Positions 32,245 through 40,345 of a stretch of 64,000 bases of DNA are shown piece by piece. This DNA comes from Spirochaetales bacterium (GTDB lineage: Bacteria > Spirochaetota > Spirochaetia > JABEVK01). The notes beneath the pieces are model-generated. The model worked only from the letters and a program-made list of their open reading frames with translations, was not told the DNA's origin and did no database searches. The stretch's first letter is position 1; every line of letters begins with the position of its first letter. The position numbers were made by a program, and so were the translations under genes. The DNA lies in the NCBI GenBank assembly GCA_037142615.1, contig JBAXAI010000012.1, positions 1 through 64,000 of the forward strand, written 5' to 3'.

Positions 32245-35220
32245 CTACTGGTACAGCACGTAGGCGCTCAGCGGGTCGAGCTTGAGGGTACCGGTGGCGG
32301 TGCCGAGTTTGGCGGTGCCGGCGTTGGTCCCATTGGCAACGAGGGTCCAGTTTCCGGCGGGTAGCTTGTACGTGCCGGCGGCGGCCTTGCCATTGCTGAC
32401 GAACAAAACGGTCTTCCAACTGTCGCCGATCTGTGTGCCGTCGACTGTGTAGCTGACGATGGGAGAGGCCGCCGAGGTCGGAGGAATGAACTTCAGCGCC
32501 GAGCGGATCTGCGCCGGGTCGTCCAGGCGGAACGCCGGGTGGGCCCGCCGAAGAGCGATCCAGCCCGCGTAGTAGTCGCTCACGGTCTTGTAGTCTTGCG
32601 CGCGCAGCCAGTCGAAACGGTTGACGGCGTCGCCGGAATTGTAGCTGTTGGCGTTGCCGCCCTTGGTGCGCCCGAGTTCGGCCCCGCCCTCGAGGAAGGG
32701 GATGCCCTGGGCCCCCAGGAGCATGGCCGCCGCCAGCCGGGCCGACTGCAAGCGCAAGGGGTCCTTGGCGGTGTAGAGCTTGTCGAACTTGTCCATGAGC
32801 GTCGAGTTGTCGTGGGCCGAGATGTAGTTGATCGTCTCGCGGGGGCTGGTGGCGAAGTCCTTGATGTTGCCGCCGAAGTCGAAGCTCCCGGCGAGCCCGC
32901 GCTGCACTTCCACCGGCGAGGTGGCGTTGCCCGTCACGTAGCCCTTGCGCGTGCCATCGAGGTCGCCGCGTAGCACGTTGCGGTAGTTGTCGTTGAACAC
33001 CGCGAAGTTCATACCCTTCTGTTCGCCCTTGCCAAAGCGGGTTGGACCACCGCCGGTCCAGGGCTCGCCGTACATCACAGCGTCGGGTCGAACGGCGCGG
33101 ACGGCGTCGGCAAGGTCGCTCACGGTCTCTTTGGTGAACATGCCCACGAGGTCGAACCGAAAGCCGTCGACTTTGTACTCGTTCACCCAGTACAGGAGTG
33201 AGTCGCGGATGAACTTGCGCACCATGGGGCGCTGGTCGTTCATGGAATTGCCGACGCCCGACTCGTTGAGCACCTTGCCGGCGTCGTCGGTGCGGAAGTA
33301 GTAGAACGGCACCGAGGCGTCGAAGGGCGAGGCATCACCCGAGACGGGCAGCGCGTGGTTGTATACGACGTCCATCACCAGGCGCAACCCGGCGGCGTGG
33401 AGGCCTTTCACCATGGTTTTGACCTCGCCTATGGTCTGCACGCTGTCCTTGGGATTCGTGGCGTAGCGCGCATCGGGCACGTTGAACAGCGTGGTCTCGT
33501 AGCCCCAGTTGTACTTGGCGGTATTCCCGGGGTTGAACTTCTGAAACGGAAGCACGTGCAGGTCGGTCACCCCGAGTTTGACGAGGTAGTCCAGGCCGGT
33601 GGGAGCGTTCTTTTTGCCCGGGACGCTGGTACCGCGCTGCACCAGCCCCAAGTAGGTACCACGGAGCGCGGAGTCGACCCCGCTGGACTCGTCGATGGTG
33701 AAGTCGCGCACGTGCACCTCGTACAGGATGGCGTCGGTGGTCTTGGCCAAAGGAGGAATCCTGGTGCTGGCCCAGCCTTCGGGATTGGTGGCGGCGAGAT
33801 TGACGACCTGGGAACGCTTGCCATCGAGGCTGGCGCCATAACCGTTCACGTCGGCAGCCACGCGGTCCTTGCCGTAGCTGTGGAAACGGTACTGGTAGTA
33901 GCGTCCGTCAAGGTCGCCCGGCACGGTGGCGCTCCAGGTGCCGGTGGCGTCGCGCTTGAGGTCGAGGCTCTTGCTGACCTCGCCGGCGGGGGTAAACGAA
34001 AGTTCGACGCGCACGCGGTCGCTCACAGGGCTCCACACGGCGAAGGTGGTGCTTTCGGCGGAGTAGCGGGCGCCGAGGTCGGTCGCGGCGTGGTAATAGG
34101 TTGCCGCCGACAAAACGTCGCGGGCGTAGACCGTGAACTCCTTTTCGCCAACCAGCAACTTCAGGGGCAGCGCGAGGTCGTCCAGCCCGAGCGATCGCGA
34201 GAGGGTGAGGTCGAGCGTGGCAGAAGGACCGGCCTTGGGCGGCGCAAAGGTCGGGGTCGGCGGCAGGCTAGCAGGGGCGAGGACCTCGGGGTTGTTGATC
34301 GAGTCGCGAAGCAGGCCCTTGGCCTTGTCGAACACGAAGCGGACAAGGGTGTTGTCGTTACCGGGCGCGGGGGCCGGAACCTGGAGGGTCAGGTTGTCGC
34401 CGCCGGGAGCGGCGTCCTTGCCCCAGTTCTTTTCCCAAGTGCCTCCCTGCGCGACTTTGTACTCGTAGCTGCCGGCCGGGAAAGCCGCGACGAACTCAAA
34501 CACGCCGGGCGAGGTTTCCCACATGCGGGTGCTATCGCCGTTGGGATTCCACTCGACGCCGCCGAGAGCCGACTGCAGGGTGCCCGGCAGAGTGATCTTG
34601 TCGGGGTCGAGTCCCGCTCCCCCGGCTTGGACAGCGGTGACCGACGCCACCGGCAGCGGCTTGCCGTCGAGCGAGAGTTGCACCTGGCTCAGAACCGCCG
34701 AGGCCTCGACCGCAGCATCGAGCTTGACCCGGATCCGGTCGGCGGCGTCGAGAAAGGCGTTGCCGGGCAAGGGTTTAGCCGCGACAGGGGCCTTTTTGGG
34801 GGGCACCACGTCGGGGGCCTTTACCTTGTCGGGGTTGTTCAGCGAGTCAAACACGGTGTGGCTGTCTTCGCGGAAGACGAACTTGACGATGGTATCCGCG
34901 ACCAGGACTTTGAGCGGAATATTGTCACCGTGGTCGGCGCCGTTCTTGCCGTAGTTGACGTCCCACGAACCGTTGATTGCCACTTTGTACTCGAAACTCC
35001 CCTTGGGGAGCTTCGCGACGAACTCCCACACACCGTCGCCGACGCTTTCCATGCGGGTGGTTTCGACATTGGTGTTCCACGCGGCGCCACCGAGGGCTAC
35101 CTGAAGGGTGCCGGGGAGTTCCACACGCTCCACTTGGGCAGCCAGGCCTGGTGTGACAAAACTCAGCGTGACCAACCACAGCAGCAAGGCGAGCCTGCCC
35201 GCGACAACTCGGTTTTTCAT
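32245..35220 (-). CDS. pulA: Secreted type I pullulanase (GH13) with two N-terminal X25-like carbohydrate-binding modules
   Basis: YEVHVRDFT, YNWGY, MDVVYNH, DGFRFDL, YGEPW, AHDN; signal peptide; duplicated LPGTLQ.ALGG..W...EYKVA module. Confidence 0.92.
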   Translation of the reverse strand: MKNRVVAGRLALLLWLVTLSFVTPGLAAQVERVELPGTLQVALGGAAWNTNVETTRMESVGDGVWEFVAKLPKGSFEYKVAINGSWDVNYGKNGADHGDNIPLKVLVADTIVKFVFREDSHTVFDSLNNPDKVKAPDVVPPKKAPVAAKPLPGNAFLDAADRIRVKLDAAVEASAVLSQVQLSLDGKPLPVASVTAVQAGGAGLDPDKITLPGTLQSALGGVEWNPNGDSTRMWETSPGVFEFVAAFPAGSYEYKVAQGGTWEKNWGKDAAPGGDNLTLQVPAPAPGNDNTLVRFVFDKAKGLLRDSINNPEVLAPASLPPTPTFAPPKAGPSATLDLTLSRSLGLDDLALPLKLLVGEKEFTVYARDVLSAATYYHAATDLGARYSAESTTFAVWSPVSDRVRVELSFTPAGEVSKSLDLKRDATGTWSATVPGDLDGRYYQYRFHSYGKDRVAADVNGYGASLDGKRSQVVNLAATNPEGWASTRIPPLAKTTDAILYEVHVRDFTIDESSGVDSALRGTYLGLVQRGTSVPGKKNAPTGLDYLVKLGVTDLHVLPFQKFNPGNTAKYNWGYETTLFNVPDARYATNPKDSVQTIGEVKTMVKGLHAAGLRLVMDVVYNHALPVSGDASPFDASVPFYYFRTDDAGKVLNESGVGNSMNDQRPMVRKFIRDSLLYWVNEYKVDGFRFDLVGMFTKETVSDLADAVRAVRPDAVMYGEPWTGGGPTRFGKGEQKGMNFAVFNDNYRNVLRGDLDGTRKGYVTGNATSPVEVQRGLAGSFDFGGNIKDFATSPRETINYISAHDNSTLMDKFDKLYTAKDPLRLQSARLAAAMLLGAQGIPFLEGGAELGRTKGGNANSYNSGDAVNRFDWLRAQDYKTVSDYYAGWIALRRAHPAFRLDDPAQIRSALKFIPPTSAASPIVSYTVDGTQIGDSWKTVLFVSNGKAAAGTYKLPAGNWTLVANGTNAGTAKLGTATGTLKLDPLSAYVLYQ

Positions 35221-35244
35221 GATTTCCTCCGTCGGCTTGCGTTA

Positions 35245-35258
35245 CTAAACCGGTTCAG
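35245..35258. promoter_or_regulatory. LacI/MalR-type operator upstream of the pullulanase gene
   Basis: CTAAACCGGTTCAG, near-palindrome with central CG. Confidence 0.45.
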
Positions 35259-35285
35259 GAAGCGTAAGCCCAGTTCATCCGGCGG

Positions 35286-36206
35286 TCAACGGGAAAGCGT
35301 TGTTGTGGCAAGTTGCTCGCCGCTGGTGCCGAGCAAACGGACCTTGAGCGTGGTGGCGTCGTACTCCACAACGGCGAACCCCAGGGCGGCGCGACGAAAC
35401 AGCGTGGGATTGCTCCCGTTGACGTGGGTCAGCGTGGCTCCCCCTCCCCCGGCGACGACCAGAAGTGGATGACCGGCGGCCGCCGCCATCAACTGCAAAC
35501 CGTGGTCATGACCGGCCAGGTACAAGTCGGCGTGACCGGCGACGACCTCGTCGAAGAACGCCGCGAACGCTGGCGATTCGCCCGAGGCGTTGCCGTGAGG
35601 TCCGTTGGAAAGGTACGGATGATGCCCCAAGACAATCTTCCAGCCCGACAACCCGGAGGTCGAGGACGTGGCAAGCCATCCGGTCACCGCAGTCTTTTGA
35701 GCGCCCGAAGCCTCCGGGTGCAGGCGCAAGGCGTTGGTGTCGAGCGCCACGAGAGTGCCGGCGCCAAAGGTTTGCCGGTAAAAGTGCGCCGGCATTTTCC
35801 AGGTGGGGGAGTACAACGCATAGGCGAGCTGGTACTCGGCTTTGGCGGGTTCGTCGCCGGCGCCGTTGCCCCCATAGTCGTGGTTGCCGAGCACCGCGTA
35901 CACCGGCAAGCCCCAGCTTCCGTAGAGGTCTTCGTACTTGGTCTTCCATTGCGGGTCGATCACCGAGGTCACACCCGAAGGGTAGAAGTTGTCACCGAGC
36001 AGGACGACAAAGTCGACTTTTTCGTGGCTCAGAAAGGTGTGGATGGCGGTGGCGACCAGAGCTTGGTCGGCTTCGCCGGTTCCGGTGTCGCCCACGGCCA
36101 CGAAACGGACCAGTGGCTGGGGCACGGGTGCGGGTACAGCGCAGGACGAAGCGGAAACCAAGGCCCAGAGCAGGGCCAGGAGTGTCGTTCTGCGCGGGGC
36201 AGACAT
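35286..36206 (-). CDS. Metallophosphoesterase lipoprotein (purple acid phosphatase/TRAP-like)
   Basis: GDTG, GDNFY, GNHD, GHHP, GHDH; lipobox-like SSC. Confidence 0.9.
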   Translation of the reverse strand: MSAPRRTTLLALLWALVSASSCAVPAPVPQPLVRFVAVGDTGTGEADQALVATAIHTFLSHEKVDFVVLLGDNFYPSGVTSVIDPQWKTKYEDLYGSWGLPVYAVLGNHDYGGNGAGDEPAKAEYQLAYALYSPTWKMPAHFYRQTFGAGTLVALDTNALRLHPEASGAQKTAVTGWLATSSTSGLSGWKIVLGHHPYLSNGPHGNASGESPAFAAFFDEVVAGHADLYLAGHDHGLQLMAAAAGHPLLVVAGGGGATLTHVNGSNPTLFRRAALGFAVVEYDATTLKVRLLGTSGEQLATTTLSR

Positions 36207-36772
36207 CAGCGTTCCTCCGATTCCTTTTCGGGTCCGAAGACGGCGAACTCAAGGTCAAGCCGCACGGGAAGCTCCCACACGGCGTAGGTGGCGGCGGCGT
36301 ACCAGGGTGCGGCGGTGTAGCGCAGGCCCACCGACAGCCCAAGGCCGATTCCGGGCTCGTTGGCCCATTCCAGGCGGGCCTCGGTCTCGCCTCCGAGCAA
36401 AGCCTGAGGAGTGAACGCGTCACCCACTTTGCTCAGGGTTGCACCGGCCAGAGCGTGCAAAGCCAGGTCGGCACTCCAACCGGCCTCGAAAAACGTCTTC
36501 CACGTGACACCCAACGGCATCACCACCTGGGCACCGAGACCCGAAGAGTTGGTGGCCAACTCGAGCCCAAGTTCGGGACGAAAGCCTTGCGGGAGCATCT
36601 CGGGGGGGCCCTCGGCCAGCAATTGGATGGCGCCGCTCGTGAGGCCAAACGACGGGGCGTTGTTGTAGGCCAGACCCGCGAAACCCAGCACACCGAGGCG
36701 TAGGTCGATCGCGCTCACAGGTGCGGCGACTCCGATGAAGACGGCCACAAGGGCACACAGGGTTCGGTTCAT
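36206..36772 (-). CDS. Hypothetical exported protein (possible small beta-barrel)
   Basis: Signal peptide MNRTLCAL...VSA; overlaps both neighbours. Confidence 0.65.
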   Translation of the reverse strand: MNRTLCALVAVFIGVAAPVSAIDLRLGVLGFAGLAYNNAPSFGLTSGAIQLLAEGPPEMLPQGFRPELGLELATNSSGLGAQVVMPLGVTWKTFFEAGWSADLALHALAGATLSKVGDAFTPQALLGGETEARLEWANEPGIGLGLSVGLRYTAAPWYAAATYAVWELPVRLDLEFAVFGPEKESEER

Positions 36773-37458
36773 AGGGTGCTCCAGAAGTCGACGAGTTTCT
36801 GCGCCAGGTAGTCCCACTGCGCTTCTTTGGTGATGGTGGCGATGCCGTCGCCGCTTTGAACGCCGTAGTCGCCCCACTGCGCGTGGTTGCCGCCCGTGAG
36901 CTTGAGGAACTGGGTCTGCGTTGGCAGGGCGGTGTTAGCCGAAGTGAACTTGTCGCTGGTGGCCAAGCCGTCCTGGTCGCCGTGGATCGAGATCACGGGT
37001 CCGGTCCAGTCGCTCAGAGGGGTGCTGTCGGCAGGGTAGCTTGCCAGCAAGACGAGGCCCTTGAACGCCGTCGGGTGGTCGAAGACGGTCCAGGCCGCCG
37101 TGGTGCCCCCAAGCGAATGCCCGCCGGCCACCCAGTCGCCCTGCAGTCGCTGGGCGAGCTCGTAACCCTTGCCGATCTGCGTGATGGCGAGGTTGAGCGT
37201 CACCTTGGCGATGACCACGCGGTAGCCCCGGCCGGCAAACACGCCCAAACTGGCGACGTACGCGTGCGGGTCGACCAACCCGCCAGGCCAAAACATCAGG
37301 CCGATGGGGCTGGCCAGCGCGCCCGTGGGCCGCAGCTCGATGTAGTCGGCGTAGTCGGTGACGGTGTAGCCAACCGGGGTGGGATACGGGGACGGAAGGT
37401 AACTGCAACTGGTAAGAGCCAGCAAAGCCAGCACAAGGAAACTGAGGGGGGCTTTCAT
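36769..37458 (-). CDS. Alpha/beta hydrolase lipoprotein
   Basis: LTSC lipobox; FWPGG, GGHSLGG, DGLA, GGNHAQW. Confidence 0.88.
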   Translation of the reverse strand: MKAPLSFLVLALLALTSCSYLPSPYPTPVGYTVTDYADYIELRPTGALASPIGLMFWPGGLVDPHAYVASLGVFAGRGYRVVIAKVTLNLAITQIGKGYELAQRLQGDWVAGGHSLGGTTAAWTVFDHPTAFKGLVLLASYPADSTPLSDWTGPVISIHGDQDGLATSDKFTSANTALPTQTQFLKLTGGNHAQWGDYGVQSGDGIATITKEAQWDYLAQKLVDFWSTL

Positions 37459-37952
37459 CGCTCCAAGATACGGACAATCTCGCTGACAAGGAAGTCCAGG
37501 CCCAGGCTGGCATCGACCACGTGGCGGGCCCAGCGCAGGTACAGCGCTTGGCGCTCGGCGAACAGCTCGTCGAGACTCTGGCCGGGCGCCCGCACAATGG
37601 CACGGGTGTCGGCATTGGGAATGCGCCGACGGACGGTCGCCAGCGGCAAGTCAAGAAAGACCACCGAACCGAGCCGCGTCAGGTGCTCCATGGCGGGGGT
37701 GCTGTAGACGGCGCTTCCTCCGGTTGAGATCACCGCGCGCGGGGCACTGCAACCGAGCAGGGCCTTTTCTTCACGCTCGAGGAACCCAACGGCTCCGTGC
37801 CTGTCGAGCACCTCTTGCGGACGGCAGTGCTCCTGATGCGCAATCAGGTCATCGGTATCGACAAAGTCGAGGCCCAGGCGGCGAGCCAGGGCTCTGCCGA
37901 CGGTGCTCTTGCCCGCCCCCGGCATGCCGATCAGAACAATGGACTCGCTCAC
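37455..37952 (-). CDS. aroK: Shikimate kinase
   Basis: LIGMPGAGKSTVG, FVDTD, ISTGGS; GTGA overlap with the GH36 stop. Confidence 0.88.
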   Translation of the reverse strand: MSESIVLIGMPGAGKSTVGRALARRLGLDFVDTDDLIAHQEHCRPQEVLDRHGAVGFLEREEKALLGCSAPRAVISTGGSAVYSTPAMEHLTRLGSVVFLDLPLATVRRRIPNADTRAIVRAPGQSLDELFAERQALYLRWARHVVDASLGLDFLVSEIVRILER

Positions 37953-40345
37953 TTCGCCGCGTCGACCTTGGTCAGGTGGTAGAGCCTCGACCCGAAGTCG
38001 CCGACCAGTCGCACCTTTTCGTTGAAGCCGGTGCCGGTGAACTGCGGCGAAGGCCGGAAGCCCGCGTGCATCAGCTCGTCGCCACGCGCGGTGACGGTGT
38101 CGGTGCCGAGCGCGTACAAGTAGTTGTCGGCCAGCACGTTGTGGATCACGCCGTTGGCCTTGATCGGAATCGGTGCCACCTGGCCAATCAGATCGCCCAG
38201 CGTGCGGAGGTTGAGGTACTGGGTACGGGTCTGCAGCAGGTAGTCGGACGCCGCATCGAGACCCGTGAGTCGCAGCGTTTCGTGGCCGCCGTTGGCCGGT
38301 TGCAGGCGCTGATAGTAGCCGACGAGGGCCTCGCTCTGGTCGGGACTGACCACCATCCACAGGCACACGTTGTTCTCGAAGGGCGAGAGCAAACGGTGAA
38401 AGGTGCCAAACTGCAGGGTTTGGCGGTGCCGCTTGTAGTAGGCAACCTGCTTTTCGATCACTTGCAGTTCAAAGCTGGGCAGCTTGGTCAGGTCGAGCTC
38501 GTAACCCAGGAGGCCGAAGGCCGCCACGTGAAAGCGCGTCTCGAGCGGCGTGGTACGGAGCACCTGGTGACTGGGCGCGCCGCTGACGTGGGCCCCCATC
38601 GTGCTGGGCGGGAACACGTAGCTGGTGCCCCACTGGATTCCCTGGCGCTCCACGGCGTCGGTGTCGTCGCTGGTCCAGGTTTGCGGCATGTACGCGAGCA
38701 TCCCGAGGTCGAACCGGTTGCCCCCGCTGGAGCAGCTTTCGAACAACACGTCGGGGAAGGCTTCGACGAGCCGCTGCAGCAGCGCGTACAAGCCCAAAAC
38801 GTTGCGGTGCAACACTTCTTTCTGCTGGCTGGCGGGCAGCCACGAACTGTAGACGTCGCTGAAGTTGCGGTTGTGGTCCCACTTGACGTAGCTGACGCGA
38901 GCGCGCTGGAACACGCCGCCCAGGATGCCAAACAGGTAGTCTTGCACCGCCGGATTGCCGAGGTCGAGGAGCAGTTGGTGGCGACCCAGCGACGGTTCGC
39001 GGCCGGGCAGTTGCAGGGCCCATTCGGGGTGGGCGCGGTACAGGTCGCTGTCGATGCTGACCATCTCGGGTTCGACCCACAGGCCGAACTCGAGGCCGGT
39101 CTTGTGGATCTTGTCGGCCAGACCTTCCAGCCCCTTGGGGAGCTTCTTCTTGTGTTCGAACCAGTCGCCCAGGCTGGTGGTGTCGTTGTCGCGCTTGCCA
39201 AACCAGCCGTCGTCGAGCACGAACAGTTCGATGCCAAGTTTTGCCGCCTCCTTGGCGAGCGAGACGAGCTTGGCCTCGCTGAAGTCGAAGTAGGTGGCCT
39301 CCCAGTTGTTGATGAGAACGGGCCGGGCCACCCCCTGCCAGCGTTTGGCAACCAAATGGTTCTGCACCAGCGCGTGGAAGTTGCGGCTCATCCCGCCCAG
39401 GCCTTCGGCGCTGAAGGTCATCACCGCTTCGGGGCTTTGGAAGCTTTCGCCGGGGGCGAGCGTCCAGCCGAAGCCGTGGGGGCTGAGCCCCAGCAGCACG
39501 CGGGTGAGGTTGTGGGGGCTGACTTCGGCCGTGGCCCGGTGGTTGCCGCTGTAAACCAGCGCAAAACCGAAGGCCTCACCGTGCGTTTCGGTGGCCGCGG
39601 GGCTGACGAGGGCCACAAACGGGCTGTGGTCGGCGCTGCTGACGCCCTTCTTGCTGTCCACTCCCTGAAGCCCGGGGGACAGACCTCGGCGGTGGGGCGT
39701 GCGTTCGGCAATCCACTTGCCGTCGAGGGTGACGAGCTCAAAGTGGGCGTGACTGAAGTCGTGCTGCAGACTGGCCAAGGCCTCGATCTTGAGGTCGGCG
39801 CCACCGGTGTTCACGACGCGCGCCGAACGGGCCACGACGTCGGCAGCTTCGAACACGCTCCAACAGAGAACGAGTTGCAAGCCGCAGTGGCGATCCTCGA
39901 GGGTAATTTCCAGCGTTTCAACGTGGTCGCCAAACGTCGAGGGGAGGCCGGCCAAGGCGGGCTTGGAGGCCAAGAGGCGGTGGCTGGCGTAGCGGGGGTC
40001 GTGCGTCGAGGTGCCAGCCAAGGTCGAGGTGCCAGCCAAGGTTGAGGCTCCACCAAACGTGAACTGGGCCGGAGGCTCGCGGTAGTCGCCCTTCCCACTC
40101 CCCGACCACTCCAGGGGAATCGCGTCGAGGTTGAACCCGGGGTGCTTCGGGCTGTAGTCGGTCGAACTGCCCCACGAGGTGGCAAAGCTTTGCACCAGCG
40201 AGGCAAAGTCCGGCCGGTCGGCCAAACGCTGGCCGTAGTGCAGTTGTTGCAGATGGCCAGTGACGGTCACGCGGAAGATCAGACTGGTGCGCGCGGTCTG
40301 CAGGTGGAACTCGGGGCCGGAAGCAAGCGGATGAACATGGATCAT
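37949..40345 (-). CDS. Alpha-galactosidase (GH36)
   Basis: NNWEATYF, LDDGWFG, GLWVEPEM, YVKWDHNR, CSSGGNRFD, WTSDDTD. Confidence 0.95.
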   Translation of the reverse strand: MIHVHPLASGPEFHLQTARTSLIFRVTVTGHLQQLHYGQRLADRPDFASLVQSFATSWGSSTDYSPKHPGFNLDAIPLEWSGSGKGDYREPPAQFTFGGASTLAGTSTLAGTSTHDPRYASHRLLASKPALAGLPSTFGDHVETLEITLEDRHCGLQLVLCWSVFEAADVVARSARVVNTGGADLKIEALASLQHDFSHAHFELVTLDGKWIAERTPHRRGLSPGLQGVDSKKGVSSADHSPFVALVSPAATETHGEAFGFALVYSGNHRATAEVSPHNLTRVLLGLSPHGFGWTLAPGESFQSPEAVMTFSAEGLGGMSRNFHALVQNHLVAKRWQGVARPVLINNWEATYFDFSEAKLVSLAKEAAKLGIELFVLDDGWFGKRDNDTTSLGDWFEHKKKLPKGLEGLADKIHKTGLEFGLWVEPEMVSIDSDLYRAHPEWALQLPGREPSLGRHQLLLDLGNPAVQDYLFGILGGVFQRARVSYVKWDHNRNFSDVYSSWLPASQQKEVLHRNVLGLYALLQRLVEAFPDVLFESCSSGGNRFDLGMLAYMPQTWTSDDTDAVERQGIQWGTSYVFPPSTMGAHVSGAPSHQVLRTTPLETRFHVAAFGLLGYELDLTKLPSFELQVIEKQVAYYKRHRQTLQFGTFHRLLSPFENNVCLWMVVSPDQSEALVGYYQRLQPANGGHETLRLTGLDAASDYLLQTRTQYLNLRTLGDLIGQVAPIPIKANGVIHNVLADNYLYALGTDTVTARGDELMHAGFRPSPQFTGTGFNEKVRLVGDFGSRLYHLTKVDAAK
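40005..40047. repeat. 18-bp tandem repeat (about 2.4 copies) inside the GH36 gene
   Basis: gtcgaggtgccagccaag x2 + gttgagg; encodes STLAGT-STLAGT-ST. Confidence 0.85.

Noticed and set aside
34300-35120. Repeated sequence in the pullulanase as a possible diversification template
   Set aside because: Ordinary diverged tandem carbohydrate-binding modules; no reverse transcriptase or recombinase nearby
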